64,000 nucleotides of DNA from the NCBI RefSeq assembly GCF_021028975.2, contig NC_059428.1, positions 101,370,001 through 101,434,000 on the forward strand, in the 5' to 3' direction. This document shows positions 1 through 11,180 of this stretch, piece by piece. Numbering within the stretch: position 1 is the first letter of the stretch; every line of letters starts with the position of its first letter. The position numbers and the translations under genes are program-made. This DNA comes from Sphaerodactylus townsendi (Eukaryota). Below the pieces are notes generated by a model. The model was not told the origin of the DNA. It worked only from the letters and a program-made list of their open reading frames with translations, and did not search any database.

Positions 1-1128
1 TGATGCTTGCATGCTTAAGAGATTTCAGTGGTTTTAATCTTTGTTGTGCATGGCTATGAAAGCTGAGCTACAGTGGGTTATACATCAAACACAGACATGC
101 ATCTTTTCATTAAGGAAAACATGAGTTTTTGAAAAAAAACACCAGTGTTTGAAGAATGTACATGATTTGACCAGTGATTTAAAGTCAATAGCCAGTACAT
201 CTAGCATCAGGACTTAAGAAGATTTTGAAATTTTAAGCTGGTTGCCATGGGGGAGCTCTCTCTTTTTCTCCCCTTCCTTTGCTGCTTCTGCTGTGTGTGT
301 GGCGGGGAGGGGGAGGGGGGAGATGTGTCAGTTGGTTCTTCGTGCATTGCCTTTTGAAACTCTACTTAACCTTAAAGGGCCATTATTGTTAATTGAAAGT
401 AGATCTGAATTGCAAACGCCACTGAAATGGTGGCTCTTTAAAGTTTAAAGGATTGATACACAGCCTGTGGAACAGCAGCAAGCCCTCCTGAGCAATGACA
501 AGAATTTATGATATTTATCTGGAGTTAAATATAAGAATCAGGAAATATCAGGAATGCCTTCTGCAGTCAGATATTGCCAATCTGATCCTTTTGCTGGAAA
601 TATTGGACATTTTATTGGGTTGGCAATATCTGATTGCATATCCCTAGTTCCATACCAGAAAGATAATAAATTATTATATGAAGTGCTTGGCACTCCAACT
701 GTGGACCTTCAGTCAAAGCAAACAGAAGAAGTTTGCTCGTATAAAAAATAACTTCAGTGCTCCAAAAGGGAAAAAGTTTGAAGGACTGTCATGTTTGTTG
801 TGGTTACACAACTGCTGCACTTCTTTCCTAACGGTTAAAGCCAGGAACCCTGATTGGCCACTGACCTAAAGCATGCTGCATGTCTAGGACTATATGTATT
901 CATTTCAGACTTTATCTGTTTACCGTGGTAGTTATAGCAAATATCATTATTGCATAATTTGAAAGAATGGTAGGTAACACAGCAACTTTCCTAGAACAAA
1001 ATAGCAAAATAAAAATTATCTACATGTACCAGTGAACAAAACATAATTTAAGGTGCATAAAATGTAACCACTGCTGTTTTCAGTCTCTTACTCCATCTCA
1101 TTTATTTTTCTGGTTTCTTGATTATTTA

Positions 1129-1417
1129 GGAGCAGCAGTGGCGTAATGGTTAAGAGCAGGTGCATTCTAATCTGGAGAAACCGGGTTTGATTCTCAGCTC
1201 TGCTGCCTGAGCTGTGGAGGCTTGTCTGGGGAATTCAGATTAGCCTGTGCACTCCAACACACTCCAGCTGGGTGACCTTGGGCTAGTCACAGCTTTTTGG
1301 AGCGCTCTCAGCCCCACCCACCTCACGGGGTTTGTTGTGAGGGGGGAAGGGCAAGGAGATTGTAAGCCCCTTTGAGTCTCCTACAGGAGAGAAAGGGAGG
1401 ATATAAATCCAAACTCT
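1129..1417 (+). mobile_element. tRNA-derived SINE (Squam3-type), near full length
   Basis: A/B-box head GGAGCAGCAGTGGCGTAATGGTTAAGAGC...GGTTTGATTC, core GCTGGGTGACCTTGGGCTAGTCAC, tail ATATAAATCCAAACTC; near-identical copy at 54545-54847. Confidence 0.85.
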
Positions 1418-1990
1418 CGAACTCTAGGTCTTATAAGGGATTTGACTTAGATATGTAGACCTGTTACAGAAATTTTATGTGAGCAATGATACTATGGGAT
1501 ATTATAAAAGTTATTATAGACAGTACTTATCCCATGATTTTATACAACAAACATTTGATCTTCTGGCAGTTTTAATGTCCCTTATACCACCTCTTTCTTT
1601 ACCACATTTCTGCCTGCTTGGCATTCATGGAATGGATCTTGTTACATGTTAAACATATGTACAGAATCAACTTAACATGAAATTGATTTTGTGTTTGTCA
1701 GCAAGGATAATTTTGACAAAGTCAGTATACTGTAAAGGTTTATCATCTAATCATCAGTTTATTCCTGTTTCCTTGGGAAGACTCTTACCTATTTGACAAC
1801 AGTATGATGGGCAATTAAAAAAGTTGTCTCATTTAGTCATTCATAATTCACTATTCCACTGATGAGTTCTTAGAAGGTAATTACTTTTTAAATGTTTGGC
1901 CCTTTTGAAAGCTAATTTTCTGATTTTAATATACTCAATTGAATATCCTTTTGTGTTTCTTTAACTACATTAATTGCTCAAAGTGATGTT

Positions 1991-2008
1991 TGCTGCCATC
2001 TAGTGCCT
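1991..2008 (-). promoter_or_regulatory. CTCF-like motif
   Basis: Minus strand AGGCACTAGATGGCAGCA resembles the CTCF core CCACTAGATGGCAG with one mismatch. Confidence 0.35.
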
Positions 2009-2027
2009 GTTGACTAGAGTGAAACAT

Positions 2028-2247
2028 TTACGAACGTGTGTACACTCGTGCGCTGTCAAGTCACAGCTGACCTATAGCAATCCTATAGGATTTTCAAGGC
2101 AAGAGATGTTCAGAGGTGAGCTGACAGAGTTCTGAGAGAACTAACTGGCCCAAGGTCACACAGCAGTCTTCAAGTGATGGAGTGGGGAATTGTACCTCGT
2201 TTTCCAGAGTAGAGTCTACTGCTTTTAACCACTACACCACACTGACT
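2028..2247 (-). mobile_element. Chimeric SINE (Squam3-like tRNA head + Sauria/Bov-B-like tail) with 14-bp TSD
   Basis: Direct repeat CTAGAGTGAAACAT at 2014-2027 and 2248-2261; minus-strand head GAGTCAGTGTGGTGTAGTGGTTAAAAGC, tail CTTGCCTTGAAAATCCTATAGG...GTGACTTGACAGC. Confidence 0.7.
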
Positions 2248-5200
2248 CTAGAGTGAAACATAGTTGTTTGTACTGGAGAAAATACATTTATCACATCTAT
2301 GGCATAAGCATTATTTTATTTAACTAATTAATTAATACAATCTACTTACTCTGGACATTTTCAGGATTACTGATAAAAAAGTCCTGTGAAATATTTTCTC
2401 TTTTCAAGTGAGTAAAATGCTTTGAAAGATAAGGTAAGTGTTTTGTAGACATATACAGCTATTAGATCCAAGTTGCATTTATGCAGCTAAAAGAATACAT
2501 ACCTAGTCTTTGTGAGGGGAGTATTCAGGGCTTTCATTGCTTCTGAACACTATCATGCCTTCTGTTGTCCTTCTGACCTGATGAGGTTGATCTCCCTCAA
2601 ACCACTGTGATCGGTTTATCCACAGACTGGAGGAGCTTATTGCCCTTCCTGGCAGGAGGGAGAAGAAAGATCAGAAGGAGGTGGGGGTAGAAACTGCCCC
2701 AAACTAGCCTCAGAGGCTGACTGTTTCATTGAGAATTTAGCTTATTCCAACTAGATTGCAAAGATTAAGATACATGTACTAAATTAGTGTACGTTGGGTT
2801 GCATCAGCTTGCAGTTTTCTCTCAACTATTGGGCGTTTATATATTTGCATGTACAAAATTAAGGTATTTATAACTTTTAAATTCCATAAATACATGAAAT
2901 ACTGCCATTTGATATACTAAGTTATAAACAATGCATTTTGTGTTATTAAAACAGTAATGTGTACACAAATGTATTTTGGATATGACAGTTGCCAGCAGGG
3001 GAGAATATTTTTCTATGTCTAGACTAGGAAGGTATAAAGTCTCCATTTTCCTGTTCCATTTGTTGCTACCATATTTGCTTCTCATAATGAAGATCTGCCC
3101 TCTCCCTTTCTGCTGGAATTGGAGCTATTGTTGCTACGAGGTATTGTAGTTTCAAGCAAATGTATGTCCTATTGGAGACCAAGTCAAGCTATGAGTTCAG
3201 GTAGCCATTACCTTTAAACTGCATCTATTGTCCATCCTTTTCTGTCCCTGATGACTTTACTGTTCTCTGATTGCTTCACAGCTTACTGATATAGGATGGG
3301 AAATATAAGAGTAGAAAGGTCAGAAAAAGGGAAGAGAGAAGGTACATGAAATTGCTCAAAAGGAGAGAGAGTGAAGGAAGAAAAAAGAAGGGAGCATTAA
3401 AAGGAATGAGGAAGGAGCATTCTGAGGCAGGAATATGTAGAAAGCAGACAACAGGAAACTCACTGGTGGATTCAACACTGGAATCAGAGGACCAGATCAT
3501 ACCTTAAAAGCAATCTTGTTTCACCCATTTATCGTCGTTGTTTCAGTTCCCTGTTCTTATTTTACCTTTTAAAACCAGTTTTGCCCTATCAGAAAAAGGG
3601 CAGCAGTTAAGAACTCTTATGGGGGCATACCATAGTACCATTTTCTTTTATTTAAACGTTTTAATATGCTTTTTGCAGAAACTGATGAAAGTTAATCTAG
3701 CAAAACAACCAAACAACTTTTCATGTTCTGGCAGTAAAGATTGATATGCACAGAACAGTTTAAGCTGATGCTTGTTGTTAGCTTGTGGTCAGAAAGGGAA
3801 TACAAGGAATGGATCACAATAAAGGACTTGAACACAGAACACTTTCTATAAGCTTCTTGAAAAGGTTATTGTTCAAACAAAGAAGAAAGGGGGCTGAGAG
3901 AGAGAGAGGACAAAATACTTAGGTTAAATGCAGCATGTAGCACACCCATCTACAGTTAGGTTCACCAGTAAAAGGACCTTCCTAATAGTTTAATGAAAAC
4001 CTTAGGTGAAGTTTTTTTTAATAACATCAAGATAAATATAGTTATGTGCTACCTTTTTAATACTGAGGTTTCTTAAGTTCTAATGATTTTATGCTGCTTA
4101 TTTATCACGTTTTACTTTGTAAACTGTCTCGAGCAAGTTCCCTGGAGAACTTGTATTTTGTTGTATTTTATTCTATGCTGGAAGCTGCCTGCATGGTGAA
4201 GGGCAGCATACAAATTGAATAAATAACTATTACAACAACAATATTGATGGGCATGTCACCTCACTGAAACAAAAGAAAGTTTATGCTTTTTTCTCCAGTA
4301 CTTTGAATTATAGACCACCTTTTGTAGAAGGCTCCTGCATCTTGCAGCTGTATGACAGCCAGATATTCAATTGATATATCCCTGATAGGCCAATTACAGA
4401 TTGGGTTTTCTTGTTCCAACATGCTTGCTCCCTGCCATGCGCCAAGCGAGGAAGTACGTCAGGGCCAGATTTCTTGTCCTGATGTACTTCCTCGTGCCCC
4501 ATTGGTGCTTCTCGCTTTCCCCGCAGAAAGTGAGAACACTTCTAGTGCGACTTTTCATGTTAGAACGGGCCAAGAGCTGGCTGTGGGTAATCAACCATAA
4601 GGAAAATCTTCAGCTGTTGAATTTCTGCATGTCAAAGAGGTTGTTAAAGAGGACTACAGGGGTAAGGACCCAGGAACTCTAAATGTGAGTGTTCCAAAGT
4701 AAATGGTATGAGAACTTTAACCTTAATGACACATTGCTAGTAAAGTGTCTTATTCATCAGATGAAGTTTCTTCAACTATTGGAAACACACTTTCCAAACA
4801 CACTATTGGTACACTCTAAATGCAGGGGTTCCCAAACTTGTTCAGTCTGTGGGCATTATTGGGATTTTAAGAACAAGTGGTAGATGCCTCCAGAAAATTG
4901 ATACCATGCAAGTCAGGGTCAGTCACAACATGTTGGGAGGTTTGAAGCCAGGTATTCACATATGATGGAGGTTGTTGTTTCTGAATAGTTTTTCCTTGTG
5001 ACAGAAAGGTGATGTTTCCTGGGAAGCCAGGGTTGGCTCTTTCTTTTGAGGAAGAAGGAAATGGATGCTATAATAATGGTGGGAGTGTTATATGGGTGAT
5101 TCACTGTCTTAATTACTTGTAGCTACTTTGTGTTAATGTACCACATCTGCTTTGGCAACGCTGAAGTAATCAGTTTGGCTTTGGGAATACAGAAATGTGA

Positions 5201-6395
5201 GTGGGGGGGATTGCAATGACCATCCCACCTGCAGTCACCAAATGTGATGTCCACTCTTTTTTCTTCATACAGAAATATATAAGTGTCAATTAATATTAGT
5301 TCCTGTAATTCTTCTTCCCCATATGGTAGTTGCTACCAGGAATATAAACCCCTCCCCCCAAAAAAAACCCTTTATCTCCTTTTGGTAGTGTGTATGAGAT
5401 TATAAGAGCTACATGGTTCTAAGGAAAGTAGGGTTAGATTCTAACGTTTCTTCAAACTAGGTAAGATTTCAATTATAACTGATAAGTAACATCAAGATTT
5501 TAAGCAAAACATTTACAAAATGAAATTAAATCAAACTGAGGCAACAATTACTTTGAGCACTTCACTCAGCATAAATTCACTCTGATACTTTCTGACGGCT
5601 TCACTCTCACACACAGTTCTCTCAGACTTTCTGTCTTTATTTTGTCTTGAGGCTCTGACTTTCTCTGTATACACTCTGACACACTGACTGATTCTCTCAC
5701 AGAGCTTTGAGCCTCTCCGGCTTCTCACTCAGAAACCCTAACACATTCTGACTTTTGCTCACACAGAGCTTTGACACACTGGGCCTTTTCACTCAGAAGC
5801 CTGACTAGAACTTTAGCACTCTCAGCCCTTTCACTCTGAAACCCTGTTATACTGTGCCAGTCCAGCACAGCCCTCCCACATGCACAATCTAGAATCAACC
5901 AATCATACCGCTCTCTCATTCCCCTCTCACCCTTCTCCCTCTCTCCAACTCAGCTCTCAGCTTAAAGTCACACACATACACACACCAAATTATTACAGGG
6001 GACACTACTGCATCTTTAAAACAAATATTGTATTCTGGGTGCTTGTTTGCTACTCCCTTGTATATTTTTAAATGAATAAATACTACAAAAATGCTGACAT
6101 TTCTACTGTTCAGGTGTGTAAAATATTGCTTCAGTTAATGGGAGTTGCTCTCTCCCTTCCCCCATAGGTGCATAGGATCCGGCAACCAGGATATTGTTCC
6201 TTACTATTGACTAACTGATGCTATTGTAAACATTACACATCTGAGTCTTACTTGAATGAAGAAATTGACCTCAGGAATGCAAACACTAATGGGAAAAGGA
6301 CAAGGAAGAGTTCCAGCCCTCTTCGCGTAAAGTCCATCGAAACAGCTTTCTGAGTCTGATTTCAGTTGCAAACTGAACGAGCAAGAAAAACCAAA

Positions 6396-6491
6396 ATGAC
6401 CTCCCTACTGCAGGATAAACTGTATGAAGTTCACATGCAAGCGCCTCCCCCTAGCAAAGACTTTCATCACTTGACAATTACAAAAAATGAG
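6396..6491 (+). CDS. FBXO36-like F-box protein, coding exon 1 (MTSLLQDKLYEVHMQAPPPSKDFHHLTITKNE)
   Basis: ATG at 6396 after in-frame stops; PPPSKD motif as in the FBXO36 N-terminus; 96 nt; GT donor at 6492. Confidence 0.88.
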
Positions 6492-6865
6492 GTAAAAAGC
6501 ATTGGTCTCTTCTTATTTGGGGTTTGAATGGGGGAAAGCTGTACCTGGTGAGCTTATGCCTTTCACGCAGCTTTTAAAGACAGAGGAAGGGAAAGTTGGC
6601 AATCCAAAATATTGGTTGTGTGGGCAGTCCTGGAAAGGATCCAGTGACTTGCCCTCCTGTGGCTGTGTTTTCAAAAAAGGGGGAGGGGTAGCAACATAAG
6701 TTACTTTATTTCTCTGTAAACAGTGTAATTAGTTCCTATGCAAGTCTAGTTTGAAAGTAAAGCCCCCAGTTCCTGTTTTAAATCTAGGCTGACTAGGCTG
6801 TTGACAAAAAGGAAATGGAACAGCATGCACAAGTTGGTTCATTCTTTTAATTACTGATGCTGTAG

Positions 6866-6974
6866 GTTATCTGGAGATCATGGAAAATCTCTTTTCGACC
6901 CAATCAAGAAAAGATTTTACCAAGAGAAGTGAAGAAACTTCATAAAGATTTTGTCTTGGATGAACAATTACACA
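6866..6974 (+). CDS. FBXO36-like, coding exon 2 (VIWRSWKISFRPNQEKILPREVKKLHKDFVLDEQLH)
   Basis: TAG acceptor; resembles FBXO36 VIFRWWKISLR...HEDFL; 109 nt, phase 1; GCAAGT donor. Confidence 0.85.
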
Positions 6975-7252
6975 GCAAGTATTGAGTGGCCAAAAAACTT
7001 CAATCAGACTTTATATTTCTAGTATTTGTGATTCTATAAGTCACTATACTATATTTAATACTTGATCTTTCATATGTTTTATCAAAATAAGTACTACTAA
7101 GTTCAAAATAACTTTTTTCCTTATAACAGCTCAATCATGTTTAGTGGGAAGCAAGTTGTATCATGTTAAATATAGTTTACTTCCAAGGAACTGCAGACTT
7201 AGATCACTTTTTGGAAATTCCAGTACTAAACATGTACTTTCTTCATACTTTC

Positions 7253-7547
7253 GAGAGCCAGTGTGGTGTAGTGGTTAAGAGCAGGTGGATTCTAATCTGA
7301 AGAACTGGGTTTGATTTCCCACTCCTCCACCCGAGTGGCAGAGGCTTATCTGGTGAACCAGATGTGTTCCCGCACTCCTACATTCCTCCTGGGTGACCTT
7401 GGGCTAGTCATAGTTCTTCAGAACTCTCTCAGCCCCACCTACCTCACAAGGTGTCTGTTGTGGGGAAAGGAAGGGAAAGGAGCTTGTAAGCCACCTTGAG
7501 TCTCCTTATATGAGGTGGGGTATAAATCCAAACACCACTTCTTCTTC
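7253..7547 (+). mobile_element. Squam3-type SINE, full length
   Basis: GAGAGCCAGTGTGGTGTAGTGGTTAAGAGC head, GGGTGACCTTGGGCTAGTCA core, TATAAATCCAAAC..CTTCTTCTTC tail. Confidence 0.85.
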
Positions 7548-7998
7548 AGAGTAATTGATGAAATATACACAGGATTTTGTGTTTTTCTACCATTAATATA
7601 TAGTACTTAGTTATGATCCTGAGCACATTCTAAAAAATGTCTGATCCACTAAAATAACGGAGGCTTGCTTCAGTTAAACTAATCAAAAATAGTGGCAAGC
7701 ATGCATCTTCTTTAAGCAGCTGCCTGAATGATCAGAATTGTCAGATTCTCAATAGATCTGGTTGCTCTGTTCATGCAACCAGACTGTGTATGTGTGAAAC
7801 AGGAAAAGGCCGTCACTCTAGCTCAAAGCTAGAGTATCATCTACAGGACATTAGCTACCAGAAGCTGAACACTTGTGCATGTACAGTGTGATTATTTGAT
7901 TTTTTAAACTTTATAATTTCAAAAATAAACTACCAAAATGAAAAATATGGTGATAACTATGTTCACAGATGTAACAGAAGAGTAAATATGTTGTAATA

Positions 7999-8377
7999 CA
8001 GGTGTCCTCAACCTGGTGTCCACTAACAACTTTTCTGGCACCACTAAGTGTTTTTAGAAACGTATAGACAGGTGGGGCTCCTGCTCAGCAGGACTTCCGA
8101 CTGGCTGTGCAGATTAAAATAATGTTTTGACTGTAGCAGCTACCACATAAAGATAGCCGTTATGCTATCTCAGTACTCTTTTTCAGTATATATTAAAATT
8201 TCTCCACTTGCTCCCTGCACTTGGGCTTCATTTGTATGTGCCACTGTCTCGGGGGGGGGGGGGCATTTTATTAGTTAGCTCTGCCTCTCATAGAAGCTAT
8301 TCTGTGGTTATGCCCACAGTTCTGAGTCAGAATAGCAAAGGTGCCCACAGGCTCAAAAACACGGGGGTCCTCAGCTG
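7999..8377. mobile_element. Degraded non-autonomous hAT-like element
   Basis: CAGGTGTCCTCAACC left end, decayed right end, TGTAAT-containing flanks. Confidence 0.4.
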
Positions 8378-8469
8378 TAATTAATATTCCCAGAGCAAAT
8401 GGCTTAGATTTTCATTTATCTGTTTTCTTCCATTTTTATCTTATTCCAGAAAACAATAAAAGGCCTCCA

Positions 8470-9060
8470 TATTTATTTATTTAAAATATTTCTATGCTAC
8501 CTTTCTACCCAAGGCAGTGAAAATGAAAACATTAACTTGCTTAAAACATCAAAGCAGTATTTAAACATAAGGTGTATCTAAGATATTTAAACAATTCAAT
8601 AAAAATGTAGAGCCACACAAACACAAAAAACAACACAACCAGGGAGACTAGTAAGAGTTACTGGAGGTATTCCAAACCAAACAAAAAGATCTTCATATGT
8701 TAGGGAGACAGAAAAATCTCGCTGGGGAGGAAGTTCAAAAGATTTGGAGCTATGACCGAGAACACCCTTCTCAGGTTGGCATCCTTCTAGTCTCAGATAA
8801 CACTGGGACTTTGAAGAGGACCAGAGAGCATGAGCAGGTTTACATTGGAGAAGGTGATCCTATAGGTATCCTGACTCCAAGTGCCTTGAATTGAACCGGG
8901 AAGCAAATTGGAAGTGAGTATAGATAGAACAGTGCAGGAGTGTTATGGTCCCAATGACCTATTCCAAGCAATAGTCTAACTGTAGCATTCTGTACCAGCT
9001 GTAGCTTTTGAACAGTCTTCAAGGGCAGCCCCACACTGATCTCGTTGCAGTAATCCAATC
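8470..9060 (-). mobile_element. L2-clade LINE 3' fragment
   Basis: ORF 8840-9058 DYCN..GLPLKTVQKLQLVQNA..DH.TP.L..L..LPI..VQFK is the typical L2 ORF2 C-terminus; TAAA-type tail near 8470. Confidence 0.8.
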
Positions 9061-10734
9061 GAAAATATCACGTAACACTGATGAACAAACAATCTGCATG
9101 AGTGTGTTCTTCTCCCTTAACATGTTGCATCAACCTTTTTGAGTAGTGCTTTTTGATAAATTATGTGATCAGGCATTGGATTGCTCCGGAAAGTGCCCTT
9201 TCATGCACCAGTTCTGACTGTCAAGGCTCTGCAGAGGAATTCTAAGAATGATGGCCACACACTGCAAAATGGCAAAATCCAGTGAGGACTTTCCATCAAA
9301 GGCAACAGCAGAACTTCTTCAGAGGTTCTCTATTACCTCCTCAGCTGAGCAAACTGGCTGAGAAGAATAAATAGGAGAAGATTAGTTATATAAGCCTGTT
9401 AAAGGTTGCGGTGTTGCTAGCCTAAAGGGAACGTATTCATAGCCTAGGAGGTCTTCCCAAGTGCTTAATGAGCTACAAATAAATATGGAACGAGGCATAA
9501 ACTGATTCCAGAAAGGAAAAGGCCATTATGTGAAGTAACTGAAAGCTTAGGATCTTTCTGGGACTGAGCAGTGCCATTTTTATTCTATGTCGGACACCCT
9601 TTGTGTCTTACAACTTGATACAATGTTTGTGAATTTTATAGGGGTAGTATTTAATTAATATTTTCCTACAGCTCAACTGGTTTTAATTTCTCTCTGGGGA
9701 AGGGAAAATTGGGATTACAAATGAAACAAGAATCCAGAGTTCACCATCAGAAACATGGAACGAAGCTCCATTAGATCAGTGTTATAGTCATGATGGAAAG
9801 GACAGGGTGGGGCAGGGGAGGGGAGTTACAAAGTGACTGGTTTAAAACAAGATAGATAAAAACTTATAAGTTCACTTGCTAATGTTAGGCAAAATAGGAT
9901 TAGCATAAAACCTAGTGTAGAATTTACAATAAGGTAGAAATTGACATCTGTACGAGATAATAAAGACACTTCTTATGATACTAATTGGAATGTACACTAT
10001 TCAAAGCATAAGATATCATGGTACCTTTCTGTAATTTATTAAATAGCTTGGAGGAGGATGGGAAACCTAGCACAAAGGAGTGGGCTGCTGATTTTGGTGA
10101 GCGATGCCAGAATACTTTGAAATGAGCCCAGATTAAAAATTTCCCGTGGTGCTTAAAAAGCTAAACCATAGAGTCGTAACCACTTACCAGTATTTTAATA
10201 TGATGTATTATGGTAATTTCACCTAAATTTAATGTTGCTTTTTTATTTTAGAGATTTAAAAATACATTTTTTCCATAGCCCCAAGAATTGTAATTGCAAG
10301 CCGTCTTTTTTTTTCCTTGAAAGCTAATCAGACAGCAGTTGGTCGAAAGTAAGAAATCAAGTGTTTAATTTTCTTTCACAAATTTAGAGTTGGGCTGGCA
10401 AATCCTGTGAGTAACCTAGAGATTAAGGGCATGTTTACATTGCCTTTTCTGGCATGGAGTCCTTTGTTTTTGCTAGCTTTCTACTGTGGGTTCCACATTC
10501 TTATGATGCTATTAAAGAGAGATTTTGCCTTTCCATTGAAATTGAATATAACAGTGTGCCATCACTGGGTACTGTGCCAAGGTCTGGGAGAACTTTAGGA
10601 CATTAAAGTCCCTCCCTTTGCTTGGTGTTGCCCTTCTTTGTTCTCTATGCTGGCAGAATAAATGCCAGTATTGATGGTAGCATCTGCATGCTATTCTCCT
10701 GGCACTGGAATTACATAACTGTTACAGCCCCAGT

Positions 10735-11180
10735 ACATAAGGACATAAGAACAAGCCTGCTGAATCAGACCAGAGTCCATCTAGTCCAGGGGTAGGGAAC
10801 CTGCGGCTCTCCAGATGTTCAGGAACTACAATTCCCAATTGGCCATGCTGGTAGGGGCTGATGGTAATTGTAGTTCCTGAACATCTGGAGAGCCGCAGGT
10901 TCCCTACCCCTGATCTAGTCGAGCACTTTGCTACTCGCAGTGGCCCACCAAGGTGCCTTTGGGAGCTCACATGCAGGATGTGAAAGCAATGGCCTGCTGC
11001 TGCTGCTGCTCCTGAGCACCTGGTCTGCTAAGGCATTTGCAATCTCAGATCAAGGAGGATCAAGATTGGTAGCCATAGATCAACTTCTCCTCCATAAATC
11101 TGTCCAAGCCCCTTTTAAAGCTATCCAGGTTAGTGGCCATCACCACCTCCAGCGGCAGCACCACCTTTTGTGGCAGCAGT
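10735..11180 (-). mobile_element. CR1 LINE 3' fragment, interrupted by a hAT MITE
   Basis: ACATAAG-type tail and CR1 3' sequence GCCTGCTGAATCAGACC..GTCCATCTAGTC; CCCCTTTTAAAGCTATCCAGGTTAGTGGCCATCACCAC. Confidence 0.7.
10787..10912. mobile_element. hAT MITE, palindromic, 8-bp TSD ATCTAGTC
   Basis: Long TIR CAGGGGTAGGGAACCTGCGGCTCTCCAGATGTTCAGGAACTACAATT; TSD at 10779-10786 and 10913-10920. Confidence 0.92.

Noticed and set aside
242-3140. RFX X-box-like motifs (242, 919, 3062, 3130) and a possible micro-exon ending at the 2434 donor
   Set aside because: Only half-site or partial matches; cannot be separated from chance
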